From: a virus
Lineage: Duplodnaviria; Caudoviricetes
IMG/VR virus record: IMGVR_UViG_3300048598_000552
Coordinates: 1-38,387 of that record
Reading direction: 5' to 3' (one strand)
DNA: 38,387 nt
In this document: positions 24,375-34,282 of the stretch, in pieces
How positions within the stretch are numbered: position 1 is the first letter of the stretch
Layout of the letters: every line of letters starts with the position of its first letter
The notes under the pieces: model-generated
Database searches by the model: none
What the model saw: the letters and a program-made list of their open reading frames with translations, nothing else
Told to the model about the DNA's origin: nothing
Made by a program: the position numbers and the translations under genes

Positions 24375-25238
24375 ATGCGCGACGCCATCAGGCAGCAGCT
24401 TATATTGCAAATTGCGGAAATCGGCGACCGGTGTTTCGACCCGAACGCAGCCGGAGCCGATACGGAAAAACCCTACCTTGTTTTGCAAAAAGGCAGCGAA
24501 ACCGAAGACAGCGCCTGGACCGGATATCGCCGTATACTTGAAATCTGGCCCAGCATAAGCCGGACCAATTTTCAATCCCTGGACAGCCTGGCGCAAAAGG
24601 TTATCAGCGCACTCGAAAAACAGCCCTTGACCACCCAAAGCGGGGAAACATTCACCTGCTTATATATCGGAGAGGCCGGGCCGGATTCGGTCGTCGAAGA
24701 ATGGGATCTCCTCACCCGCGGATTGCGGTTTGCGATCCTGGCCATCCAGCCGGTGGCGGTTACCGAAACCGTGGCGGATGATCCTTGGCTGGGCGCCCTT
24801 TATGACTGGACGGATGGCCTGTTGAACCCGGAGCCGGAACCGGAATGGACCATCTATCTGAATGCCTGGCCGGTTGGATATAAAATGCCGTCAGTCCTGT
24901 GGCGGTTGACTAACATTAAAGTAACGCCGATGCATGCCGGATTGTTTGAAATATCGAAACAAATCACCGGCCATGTACTGGGGCGGACGCCGAATGAACA
25001 ATTTAACGTCATGATGCGCCTTGTCGAAGGATTGGGCAGCAGTGTCAAAATCCCGTTGGATCTTGTCAATAAAAGGTATTTAACGGTGCTTTCCTCTGCC
25101 GGGGGATACAATCCAAACGCGGTCAGCGCGTTAAAAAACGGCCAGATCGCTTTGACTTTGAAACGCCTGACGTCAAAACCGGTGGAAGAGGCTCCTCCGT
25201 TAATCGGTAATGTTACACAGAAGGGAGAATTAATCTAA
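24375..25238 (+). CDS. tail terminator-like protein (putative)
   Basis: Synteny before the sheath gene; EKPYLVL and KMPSVLW suggest two related domains. Confidence 0.55.
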   Translation: MRDAIRQQLILQIAEIGDRCFDPNAAGADTEKPYLVLQKGSETEDSAWTGYRRILEIWPSISRTNFQSLDSLAQKVISALEKQPLTTQSGETFTCLYIGEAGPDSVVEEWDLLTRGLRFAILAIQPVAVTETVADDPWLGALYDWTDGLLNPEPEPEWTIYLNAWPVGYKMPSVLWRLTNIKVTPMHAGLFEISKQITGHVLGRTPNEQFNVMMRLVEGLGSSVKIPLDLVNKRYLTVLSSAGGYNPNAVSALKNGQIALTLKRLTSKPVEEAPPLIGNVTQKGELI

Positions 25239-25438
25239 TGGCTGAAAAGAAAGAAAAAGATCCTAGCCCGGCCCCCAAATATCCGCTTGATGAATTACTA
25301 AGCTACAGTGAAACCATCTTTAATTGCAAGCCGGAGGTAATTCGCGGGGCGATTGCCGGGACGAAGCAGCAAGAATTCACCATTGACGAAATGAAGAAGC
25401 TTATTGGTAGCTTCACGAACAGGAGGGTGATTACCTGA
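25238..25438 (+). CDS. small pre-sheath protein (YqzN/YkzM-like)
   Basis: YPLDELL..SETIFNCKPEVIRGA; coupled to the sheath gene. Confidence 0.55.
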   Translation: MAEKKEKDPSPAPKYPLDELLSYSETIFNCKPEVIRGAIAGTKQQEFTIDEMKKLIGSFTNRRVIT

Positions 25439-26895
25439 TGGCCGGAGGAAATTGGAGTCCGACTGAGTTACCCGTATTACCAGGTTTTTATTTAAATTTC
25501 CAATCAGCGGCCCTGGCCGGTATCCAGACGGGGGCCAGAGGCATTATTTGCGTCCCGGTGAAAGCCCACTGGGGACCGGTGCGCGAATTCAAAAACATCA
25601 CCAGTGAGCAGGAGATCATTGATACTTTTACCGATGCCGATACATATGGCGCTACAGCGTATAAAACGCTCCGGATGGCGCTGCTCGGCGGAGCCAAGCA
25701 AATTATGGCGTTCCGCCTGGCGGATGATAATGCGGCCATTGCCACCATTACCCTGCAGGATGGAACCCCGGTTAATGTATTAAAACTGGATACGTTGTAC
25801 CCGACAACCAGGGCGTTCAAAGTGACCGTGCAGGTAAATCCGGTGGACGGAACCAAGAAAGATATCAAACTGTATGAAGGAACCACCCTGTTACGGACGT
25901 TTACATTCACAAGCGGCACCGTGCAGGCGGCGGTGGATGCAATCAATCAAGATACGGCCAATCTTTGGATTACCGCCACCAAACTGGCTGACGGGAATGG
26001 AGTGCTGGCCGATATCAGCGGCCAGGATTTTACCGGGGGGAATTCCGGAACCCAAAATATTCTGGCGGCTGATTATACCGAATTTCTGACAGCGGCGGAA
26101 ACCCAAAGTTTCAATATTTTGACGCTGGACGGGGTTTATGATGAATCGATTCAGACCAGTGTTAAATCCTGGGTTGAGCGGGTCCGTTCGGAAGGTAAAT
26201 TTGTCATGGCCGTACTCGGAGGATCATCGGCATCGGATACCGCATCGGATGCCGTTGCCCAGGCAATGGCCCGGAGCGCCGGATTCAACTATGAGGGCGT
26301 GATTAATGTCGGTACCGGTGTAATCCTGGACGGGACCTCATATTCCAGCGCCCAGGCCGCTCCCTATGTGGCCGGTCTAATCGGTGGTCAAAAACTCAGT
26401 GAATCGACCACTTACGCCCCCACCCCGTTTGATGATGTCACCCGGCGCTGGACGATGTCGGAACAAAAAACGGCCGTGCAAAACGGGGTGTTTATACTTG
26501 TCCACGATGGCCGGATTGTCAAGCCGTTGAAGGGCATTAATTCGCTCATTACCCTGCGGCAAGGACAGAATAACCAGTTTAAAAAAATACGGGCCATCCG
26601 GGTTATGGACGCGATGAATTCCGATATGCTCAAGGCCGCCGAAGACAACTATATCGGAAAAGTAAACAATACCGAGGAAGGCCGTCTGTCGCTGATCGGG
26701 GCATACAAGCAGTATATGCTGGTCCATGTCCAGGGCGGTACGATTGAGTCCACCGATTGGGATGTCTGGCTCGACCCAACTTATCACGGACCCAACGCCA
26801 CCATCACCCCGGAGCCGGATCAGGTTTATGTTCAGTGGAAAGCCCGTATTACCGATGTCATGGAATATATATTCGGTACGTTTACCGTACAATGA
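25438..26895 (+). CDS. tail sheath protein (XkdK-like)
   Basis: MAGGNW..LPGFYLNF, HWGP, KGINSL, FKKIRAIRVMD, DVMEYIF. Confidence 0.92.
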   Translation: MAGGNWSPTELPVLPGFYLNFQSAALAGIQTGARGIICVPVKAHWGPVREFKNITSEQEIIDTFTDADTYGATAYKTLRMALLGGAKQIMAFRLADDNAAIATITLQDGTPVNVLKLDTLYPTTRAFKVTVQVNPVDGTKKDIKLYEGTTLLRTFTFTSGTVQAAVDAINQDTANLWITATKLADGNGVLADISGQDFTGGNSGTQNILAADYTEFLTAAETQSFNILTLDGVYDESIQTSVKSWVERVRSEGKFVMAVLGGSSASDTASDAVAQAMARSAGFNYEGVINVGTGVILDGTSYSSAQAAPYVAGLIGGQKLSESTTYAPTPFDDVTRRWTMSEQKTAVQNGVFILVHDGRIVKPLKGINSLITLRQGQNNQFKKIRAIRVMDAMNSDMLKAAEDNYIGKVNNTEEGRLSLIGAYKQYMLVHVQGGTIESTDWDVWLDPTYHGPNATITPEPDQVYVQWKARITDVMEYIFGTFTVQ

Positions 26896-26909
26896 GGAGG
26901 TGAAAACGA

Positions 26910-27323
26910 TTGCCGCCGTTAGATGCAAGCAGGATTGTACATGGTGATTTCGGTAAAATTTTCATTGATGGCGAATGGGAATCGAATTTTAATCACCTGG
27001 AAGCGAAAGTCGCCATCAACAAGGAAGAATTGCACCTGTCCGGTGATAACTGGGTCAGGCATAAAAGAGGCACCAAAAAAGGGACCGGAGCCATGGCCGG
27101 GTTTAAAGTGACCAGCCGGATGCTGGAACGGGAGTTTGGTAAATTTGAGGTGATTTCAAAGATCGATGATCCGGAAGCGTTTGGATATGAGCGCATCCGG
27201 CTGATGAATGTAATGGTTGACGAACTGGAACTTGCCAACTGGACAGCCGGAGAGACGGTAAAAGAAAATGTGCCGTTTACGTTTGAAGGGTACGAATTGC
27301 TGGACCCGATCCGGGCGAGCTAA
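26910..27323 (+). CDS. tail tube protein (XkdM-like)
   Basis: HGDFGKIFIDG, SKIDDPEAFGYERI, PFTFEGYELLD. Confidence 0.9.
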   Translation: MPPLDASRIVHGDFGKIFIDGEWESNFNHLEAKVAINKEELHLSGDNWVRHKRGTKKGTGAMAGFKVTSRMLEREFGKFEVISKIDDPEAFGYERIRLMNVMVDELELANWTAGETVKENVPFTFEGYELLDPIRAS

Positions 27324-27368
27324 ATTTTATTGAACCGGTATTTAAAACGATTTGAAGGAGTGTTGAAT

Positions 27369-27812
27369 ATGGATTTAAAAGCCATGACCGAGGAACAGGT
27401 TTTGGAAAGACTGTTACGTCACGATGACTCTCAATTGCCGACGCAGACGCTGTTTATAAAACGTCTGCAAATACCGGTCACATTGAGAGCGTTGGAAGAA
27501 TCCGAGTTGGAACGGCTGCGGCGCAAATGCACCTATACCATCCGGGGTAAAAAAGGCGGCGATGTTGAAAAATTGAATGAAGATGAGTACGCATACGCCG
27601 TGATCGTGAAAGGGACCGTTAGCCCCAATTGGGCCGATCCCGCCTTGCTGGAAAAATACAAAGCATCCGGGCCGGAACAGGTATTGAAAAAGATATTTCT
27701 ACCCGGCGAAATCGCCACCATCAGCGATCATATTCTGGAACTTTCCGGGTACGGCGAGGATGCGGTGGAAGAAATAAAAAACTTATCCGCGCCGGAGGAG
27801 CCGCCAGGCTAA
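27369..27812 (+). CDS. tail assembly chaperone (XkdN-like)
   Basis: VSPNWADPALL, FLPGEI, LELSGY, EEIKN; start ATG 27369 after AAGGAGTG. Confidence 0.85.
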   Translation: MDLKAMTEEQVLERLLRHDDSQLPTQTLFIKRLQIPVTLRALEESELERLRRKCTYTIRGKKGGDVEKLNEDEYAYAVIVKGTVSPNWADPALLEKYKASGPEQVLKKIFLPGEIATISDHILELSGYGEDAVEEIKNLSAPEEPPG

Positions 27813-27928
27813 TCCATGAATTATGGGTCCGGCATCATTTGCGGCCCGGAGTATTCTGGAAGCTGCCTCATGGTGAGCAGCTTTTTTTGTTGGCCAGCAT
27901 CCAAATTGAGATGGAACCGAAACGGTGA
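27776..27928 (+). other. programmed -1 frameshift site and G-T-like extension
   Basis: A-AAA-AAC at 27776-27782 in frame; -1 frame is open to 27928 (LIRAGG...LRPGVFWKLPHGEQLFLLAS). Confidence 0.75.
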
Positions 27929-27942
27929 AAGGGGGGCTAATT

Positions 27943-30066
27943 TTGGCTGAAAAAGAGATATACCGCGCGCAGATCGCAGTGGAAGTTACCGGCGATGAGC
28001 CTGCCAAGGTCCGGCTCAAAGCCATGCAAAAATATATCGAACATACCGAAAAGCGGACAAAAGCTCTGGGTAAAGTCAAAGTTAGCTCTACCGCCAATTT
28101 GGTTGATAAAGTCACCGGCAAACTGCGCGCTATCAAATCAGCGCTTGGCAAACTGGCTCCGGTTAAAACCATAACCGTTCAAATATTGGATAAAGCCAGC
28201 GGCACAATTAAGTCGATTATTTCTAAACTTACCAGTCCGCTGGCTTTGCTTGGAGCCGGTGGCGGTTTTTTTGGCTTGGGTAAGCTGACTCTCGGGTCGG
28301 CGGCGGTCTGGGAGACACAAGCGGTTTCCATGGAACACTGGCTGAAAGGAAATAAAAAACTGGCCCAGGAGACCACCGCCTGGCTGGACAAGTTGGCTGA
28401 CGCCACCCCGTTTGAAATGGAAGACTTATTTCCCGCCATGACCCGGGCGATTGGAATTTATGATGGAAATGTTAAAAAGGCCCAGCGGTTGACTAAACTG
28501 GCTACGGACATGGCCGGGTTGACTCCAGGCAAAACAGTGCGGGATGCTATGGAAGCCATGGCGGACGCTCAAATGGGCGAATTCGAACGGCTCAAAGAGT
28601 TCCAGATGAAAATGACCAAGGAGCAGATGAAGTCGCTCGGCGGATTTGACGGTTTCTTGGCCGTGATGGAGCGGAAATTTGCAGGCGGCGCTCAGAAACT
28701 CAGCGAAACCGCCATCGGCAGGGTATCAACCATCACCGACAATATCAAAAAATTGTTTCGAAGCGCCGGTACCGGAATGCTGGACGGTATGCAGCCTGGG
28801 CTAAAAAAAATTACCGAAGGGTTTACCAAAAACGAAGCCGGTCTAAAACGGCTGCATGAACGGTTCAACGCGATGGGACGTTCAATCGGCGCCGCAGTTG
28901 TCTCAAAGCTTGAGCAGGCAAGCCGCTGGATCGACAAAATCACCAGTGATAAGACCTTTCAAAAGCTTAGCCTGGGCGATAAATTCATATACATTCTCGA
29001 CAAGGGGCTGGATGAAGTCAGTAAATGGCTGGACGGCCCCGGCGGCAAAAAGATGCAGGCGGTTTTTATCAAGCTTGGCGGAATCGCCGCCAAAGCCTGG
29101 GTACACACGCTAACCGGTTCGATTAAGGCGTCCGGCAGTTCGTTAATGAGTGGCGATTTTTTAGGAGCGCTTTTAGGGGCCGGGGCCTTTTTAAAACTGG
29201 GTGGCGGTAAGTTATTTACAGGCGGATTCAAGTTGGCCAAAAGCGGATATAAACTGTTAAAAGGGGCCAAAGCCGCTAAAACAGCCGCCAATGTAGTTCA
29301 AAATACGGCAAATGTGTCAAAGATGACCACATTGGCGGAAACGGCTACCACCGGGGCAAAATTCTTATATGGACCCAATGGCCAGGTTTTAAAAACAATC
29401 ACACCATTGGCGGAAACGGCAATTACTGGGACAAAAGGGTTGGTTGGACCCAGTGGACAGCTTTTAAAAACAATCACCCCGGCAGCCGAGACTGTTTCAA
29501 CAGTGGCGTCTACCGCAAGTTCCGGAGCGAAATTTCTGGGAACGGTCAGCAAGGTTGGGAAAGTGGCTGGAAAATTCGCCCTGCCTGTACAAATCGGAGC
29601 CGAAGTATTGGATGTCGCCACATCCAAAGACAAGGTCAAAGCGGCTTCCAAATCAGCGGCAGGTTTGGCCGGGATGTGGGGCGGTGCTAAATTGGGTGCG
29701 CTTATCGGCACCGCCATCGCTCCGGGTATCGGTACCGCCATCGGAGCCGCTTTGGGCGGAGCGGGCGGATATTTCATCGGCCAATGGATGGCCAATAAAA
29801 CTGTCGATGCAATACGCGATAACAAAAATAAAAAACTATCCGCCGAAGCATCTCAAATGAATTATCAAAATACCACCGGTCAAACGGACCAGCAAACCAC
29901 GCTACCCAATCAAGTCAACCAGCAAATTGATGTCCAAGTCGTGATTAATCAGAATGGAGCGATTGATTCGGATGCATTGGCGGATGAAGTCGGCCAAAAG
30001 GTCGCCGTAAAATTGGGTTCAATATTTGCCAATTCGACGGTGGCATTCAAATCGTCCTGGGGGTGA
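27943..30066 (+). CDS. tape measure protein
   Basis: ADATPFE tape-measure motif, Ala/Gly/Lys-rich, GTAIAPGIGTAIG; TTG 27943 after GGGGGG RBS. Confidence 0.9.
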   Translation: MAEKEIYRAQIAVEVTGDEPAKVRLKAMQKYIEHTEKRTKALGKVKVSSTANLVDKVTGKLRAIKSALGKLAPVKTITVQILDKASGTIKSIISKLTSPLALLGAGGGFFGLGKLTLGSAAVWETQAVSMEHWLKGNKKLAQETTAWLDKLADATPFEMEDLFPAMTRAIGIYDGNVKKAQRLTKLATDMAGLTPGKTVRDAMEAMADAQMGEFERLKEFQMKMTKEQMKSLGGFDGFLAVMERKFAGGAQKLSETAIGRVSTITDNIKKLFRSAGTGMLDGMQPGLKKITEGFTKNEAGLKRLHERFNAMGRSIGAAVVSKLEQASRWIDKITSDKTFQKLSLGDKFIYILDKGLDEVSKWLDGPGGKKMQAVFIKLGGIAAKAWVHTLTGSIKASGSSLMSGDFLGALLGAGAFLKLGGGKLFTGGFKLAKSGYKLLKGAKAAKTAANVVQNTANVSKMTTLAETATTGAKFLYGPNGQVLKTITPLAETAITGTKGLVGPSGQLLKTITPAAETVSTVASTASSGAKFLGTVSKVGKVAGKFALPVQIGAEVLDVATSKDKVKAASKSAAGLAGMWGGAKLGALIGTAIAPGIGTAIGAALGGAGGYFIGQWMANKTVDAIRDNKNKKLSAEASQMNYQNTTGQTDQQTTLPNQVNQQIDVQVVINQNGAIDSDALADEVGQKVAVKLGSIFANSTVAFKSSWG
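29330..29490 (+). repeat. 75-bp tandem duplication in the tape measure gene
   Basis: CATTGGCGGAAACGGC at 29330 and 29405; TTTTAAAAACAATCAC twice. Confidence 0.8.
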
Positions 30067-30777
30067 TTGATTTTGAGTGAGGTTTTAGCCAAACTGATGT
30101 CTCTGGTTGAACTATATTCCGGCAAAAGATCTTCCATGCCGAAACGTTCAATGGACTTTTATCTGATTAGTCCTGGCGAAGAACTCCGGCTGCCGGTGAA
30201 TCCGCCGGAAGTTCAAATCAAACAGGAAAAACTGTATGAAACAGTGTCCATCATCCGGCTGGGAGAAGTAGATTATACTCCCGATGCAACCAAAATCGCC
30301 GAGATCACATTTGCATCCTTTTTCCCGAAAGAATACGATCCGAGTTATTGCAATTACCAACCGCCCAATCCGCTGGATGCGGCCCAAAAACTAAAAATCT
30401 GGACTGATTCCCAAAAACCGGTACGGCTATTAATCACCGGGTTGCTGGATATCAATCAATTGGTATTGCTATCCGCCACTACCTATACCGTAAAAGGCGG
30501 CTTTCCGGACGATATCTATTTTGAGATTTCGTGCCGCGCCTGGCGCCCGGTGAAAGTCAGGACAACCGGGTATAACTATACCACCCGGACGGATCTCAAA
30601 CCGGCGCCCAAGGTTTATATTGTTAAATCCGGGGATTGCCTTTGGAAAATCGCCAAACAAAATTTAGGTTCCAGCGCTAAATGGCCGAGTATATACAATA
30701 TTCCGGAGAATAAAAAAACCATCGGGCCAAATCCTGACCTGATATACCCCGGCCAACGGTTGGTGATGCCGGTATGA
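30067..30777 (+). CDS. LysM-domain tail tube initiator (XkdP-like)
   Basis: LPVNPPE, SFFP, C-terminal LysM YIVKSGDCLWKIA...NPDLIYPGQRL; start uncertain. Confidence 0.88.
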   Translation: MILSEVLAKLMSLVELYSGKRSSMPKRSMDFYLISPGEELRLPVNPPEVQIKQEKLYETVSIIRLGEVDYTPDATKIAEITFASFFPKEYDPSYCNYQPPNPLDAAQKLKIWTDSQKPVRLLITGLLDINQLVLLSATTYTVKGGFPDDIYFEISCRAWRPVKVRTTGYNYTTRTDLKPAPKVYIVKSGDCLWKIAKQNLGSSAKWPSIYNIPENKKTIGPNPDLIYPGQRLVMPV

Positions 30778-31772
30778 TTGTGACCCAAAACCAAATTCAG
30801 AACAAGTATGACGTGCGTTTAAACAACCGGTATTACCTGCGGGAACTGGTTGAAAATATTGTGATGGATGAATCATTGGATGAAATCGCCTATCGCGCCG
30901 ATGTCAAGCTGATAACTGCTCCCGATCTGCCGCAGATTCAACCAGGCCAACGAATTGATATTATCGGCATACCCCTTGGAAAATCGGCGGCAACAAATCT
31001 GCTGGCCCCTGGGGTGGTTTGGGAGGTCTCCATTAATACATCCTCCATCCAATACATATCGTTACAGGTATTTGACCGGACAATCTATCTGGAAAAAAGC
31101 GAGGATGAATACCTGTTGCCTTCGGGCCAGACGGCCACACAACGGTTGCGCCGGTATGCCGCCGACTGGGGCATTTCGTTAGGAAACGTGGCCGATACCA
31201 AAATCCCGCTGGCAAAAGCAGTGTATCGCGCCCAGCCCATATATCAGATGATCCAGTCCGACCTGGTGGAAACCGTCTCCAAAGGCGGTGACATGTACCG
31301 GCTCCGGATGACTCCGAATGGGTTGGAATTAATTCGTTTGGGCAGTAATACCACCGTATGGATGCTGGAATCCGGCAAAAACATCCATGAATTGAATCAA
31401 GTAAGTTCGTTAGAGAGGACTGTCACCCAGGTTAAGGTGTTGGGAAATGCCGGTCAGGATGAACGTTCGCCGGTTTTGGCCGTGTTGAAAGGCGAGATTG
31501 CAAAATACGGCACACTGCAACGAATCTTGAATGACCAAAAAGTTACCGATACGAAATCGGCCCAAGCCGCCGGAGCCAAACTGTTATGCGGCGCTCAAAA
31601 CACCATTTCAGTCAGCGGGCCGGATATCAATAGTATCCGGGCCGGTGACAAAGTGCAATTGGACGGCGCGGAATTAATCGTATCCGCCGTCAAGCATGAA
31701 CTGGGGAATCCAGGCCGGATGCACTTGGATTTAGCGGATTTGGACTCCATTAAAAGGCGGTTTTACCAATGA
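30774..31772 (+). CDS. baseplate hub (XkdQ/YqbQ-like)
   Basis: YLEKSED, KYGTLQ, IRAGD; synteny. Confidence 0.8.
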   Translation: MIVTQNQIQNKYDVRLNNRYYLRELVENIVMDESLDEIAYRADVKLITAPDLPQIQPGQRIDIIGIPLGKSAATNLLAPGVVWEVSINTSSIQYISLQVFDRTIYLEKSEDEYLLPSGQTATQRLRRYAADWGISLGNVADTKIPLAKAVYRAQPIYQMIQSDLVETVSKGGDMYRLRMTPNGLELIRLGSNTTVWMLESGKNIHELNQVSSLERTVTQVKVLGNAGQDERSPVLAVLKGEIAKYGTLQRILNDQKVTDTKSAQAAGAKLLCGAQNTISVSGPDINSIRAGDKVQLDGAELIVSAVKHELGNPGRMHLDLADLDSIKRRFYQ

Positions 31773-32245
31773 ATAAAGACCCTTTTAAAACACTGGCCGG
31801 AGTGTTGGACGATAGAATTCGCGATTTCGCCTCCGGCGCAACCCAAGGAATACCCTGCGAACTCGGAACAATGACCGCAGGCGGCGTGAAATTGGACCGG
31901 TTCAAGCATGAGATTCAAGACCCGTTGGTCTTGGAACCGGTCATCGACTATGATATCGAATTCAGCCTGGAGGTACCGGCCCATGAGGAAACCGGGACCA
32001 TTATATTACCGGAAATACCCACCAATGAAATGCCGCCATTGCATATGACGAAAGCTGGAGAATATCAAGTTACCTATAAATTCAATCCCTGGTATTATGA
32101 CGCTGAAGCTTTGGGGAAAATCAAAGCCACCAAAGTCCGGCTAAAATACAAGCCGGAATATAAACCGGGTGACCGGGTTTTGTGCGCCCTGGTCAACGGC
32201 GGCCAGGACATAGTAATCATATCGAGGGTGATACCATATGCCTAA
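31769..32245 (+). CDS. baseplate spike-like protein (XkdR-like)
   Basis: ELGTM..., YKPGDRVLCALV; synteny. Confidence 0.65.
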   Translation: MNKDPFKTLAGVLDDRIRDFASGATQGIPCELGTMTAGGVKLDRFKHEIQDPLVLEPVIDYDIEFSLEVPAHEETGTIILPEIPTNEMPPLHMTKAGEYQVTYKFNPWYYDAEALGKIKATKVRLKYKPEYKPGDRVLCALVNGGQDIVIISRVIPYA

Positions 32246-32687
32246 TCTTTTCCCGACGGAAGAGGTTTCCGCCGAGGTACCGTCGACCGAATCCAACCAA
32301 ATTCAGTTCGGAAAGAGTTGGCGGTTTAATTTTAAAACCGGTGAATTTATTGTCAGCCCGACCGGCAAAGTGAATGAATCAGACGGTACCGGGGCCTGGG
32401 TGGAATGGTGCCAGAAAGCATTATTGACTCCCCGGTACCGGCATTTGATCTATGACCCGGATTACGGACAGGATTATGAGGATCTGATTGGCCGGGGCCT
32501 CACCCGTGAGGCGGTTGAAAGCGAGATCAAGCGGATCACGATAGAGACCTTGACCATTGACCCAAGAACGGCATCGGTCCAAAATTTCACATTTGACTGG
32601 CAAAACGACCAGGTGTTTTTTGAATGCGAGATATCCAATGTGCTTGGGGAAAGCGCCAAAATTGAAGGAAGCATGGTGAGCGGCTAA
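32238..32687 (+). CDS. baseplate wedge/sheath initiator (XkdS/DUF2634-like)
   Basis: WCQKALLTPRYRHLIYDPDYG, SEIKRITIETL.IDPR. Confidence 0.85.
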   Translation: MPNLFPTEEVSAEVPSTESNQIQFGKSWRFNFKTGEFIVSPTGKVNESDGTGAWVEWCQKALLTPRYRHLIYDPDYGQDYEDLIGRGLTREAVESEIKRITIETLTIDPRTASVQNFTFDWQNDQVFFECEISNVLGESAKIEGSMVSG

Positions 32688-34282
32688 TGGCTACAACTCC
32701 GGATTATTTACAACAAACCGAAGAAGAAATCCGGCAGCGGATGCTGGATAGTTTGCCTTCCGACCTGGATAAATCGGAAGGCTCTTATATTTGGGATACG
32801 ATTGCCCCGGCTGCCATTGAATTGTTTTTAGTTTCATTGTTGGGGCAGGATATTTTGACCAAAGGATTTGCCAGTACCGCCGCCAGCCAGATTGCAGGGT
32901 TTAGGTCTTCCTATTTGGATCTGCGGACGGAGGAACACGGCGTATTTCGCCGCGCCGCAGTAAAAGCATCCAAAGAAAACGGGGTGGAAATTACGGGAGA
33001 AATCGGTACTGTAGTTCCTATCGGCACCAAATTCGCCACCCCCGCCGATCCGGTTACCAATACTCCGTCCATTGAATTTGAATCCACCAACGAAATCACG
33101 TTGGAGGCGGCTACGGGGTATGTTGATGTCCAGGCTGTCGATGGCGGGATCTCCGGCAATGTTCCGGCTGGCGCTATCAGCATTCTAGTGACTCAAATAC
33201 AGGGAATTACGGCAGTTACCAATCCCGTACCGATAACGGGCGGATTGGACAAAGAAGAGGATGTTGCTCTGTTAGCCAGGTATTTGCAACGGGTACGCAA
33301 TCCATCGTCCAGCGGCAACCGGGCCGACTATATCGCCTGGGCGCTGGAGGTCTCCGGCGTCGGCGGGGTGTCGGTTATCCCGGTCCGGGATGGTCCGGGT
33401 ACGGTGAGCGTGGCCGTGCTGAACCAAACCATGGAACCGGCTGACCAGACGCTGGTGGATGCGGTCCAGAACTATATCGCGCCGCCTCACGTGCTGGAAC
33501 AGGAAGCGGAAAATATGACGATAGATGGTTATGGGGTGTCAATCGATGATACCCTGGCCGACGACTCCGGCGACAGTGTGATGATGGTATATGACTCTGC
33601 CGGAGCCGGGGTGATCAGCCACCGTTTGGAAACAATTCTGCCGCAGTTGGGTATATGGCAGGCCAGGGTCAAGGTAAAAGCTGATGTTGTCACGGGTGGG
33701 ACGGACCTTCTGCAAATCGGCATTTGGAATGTATCAGGGGCAAGCTGGTGTAAGACGGCTCCCCTGGGCAGTGTGGATGCTGTTAAAACATTCAAGGGAA
33801 ATGAATTGACTACCGGATTCAATGATATATCCGTGGAGTTTTACTGGAACGGACAGGAGCAGATTGAAATCCAGGTTTCGAGACTGACGACCGATGGCGG
33901 CACCACGGTCTGGGTGGACCGTATGATTTTCCGTTCTACTTTTTCACGGGACGATGGTGACGGCAAAGCGCCGATTGGGGCCAGGGTGACGGTGGAACCG
34001 GCCACGGCTGTTTTAATTAACATATCGGCCATTTTGGTGATTTCAAACGGATATAACGCCGAGAGCGTAAAAAGCGCGGCCACCGAAAATATTCGGACTT
34101 ATATCAAGTCGCTGGCGTTTGCCCAGGATAATGACGTCCGATATGTACGGATTGGCGAAAAGATATTAGACACGCTAGGGGTATATGATTTTTCAAACCT
34201 CACGGTTAATGGAGGAACAGCCAATATCCCCATTGAGTCCCAGGAAGTGGCGGTTTTAGGGACGGTGACCTTCACGACATGA
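32687..34282 (+). CDS. baseplate J-like protein (XkdT-like) with inserted domain
   Basis: DKSEGSYIWD..APAAIE, GGLDKE, SGNRADYIAWALEVSGVG, GPGTV, APIGARVTV. Confidence 0.9.
   Translation: MATTPDYLQQTEEEIRQRMLDSLPSDLDKSEGSYIWDTIAPAAIELFLVSLLGQDILTKGFASTAASQIAGFRSSYLDLRTEEHGVFRRAAVKASKENGVEITGEIGTVVPIGTKFATPADPVTNTPSIEFESTNEITLEAATGYVDVQAVDGGISGNVPAGAISILVTQIQGITAVTNPVPITGGLDKEEDVALLARYLQRVRNPSSSGNRADYIAWALEVSGVGGVSVIPVRDGPGTVSVAVLNQTMEPADQTLVDAVQNYIAPPHVLEQEAENMTIDGYGVSIDDTLADDSGDSVMMVYDSAGAGVISHRLETILPQLGIWQARVKVKADVVTGGTDLLQIGIWNVSGASWCKTAPLGSVDAVKTFKGNELTTGFNDISVEFYWNGQEQIEIQVSRLTTDGGTTVWVDRMIFRSTFSRDDGDGKAPIGARVTVEPATAVLINISAILVISNGYNAESVKSAATENIRTYIKSLAFAQDNDVRYVRIGEKILDTLGVYDFSNLTVNGGTANIPIESQEVAVLGTVTFTT

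Noticed and set aside
26377-29825. Long minus-strand ORFs (e.g. 183 aa and 175 aa)
   Set aside because: Antisense shadows of the sheath and tape measure genes with no RBS or motifs
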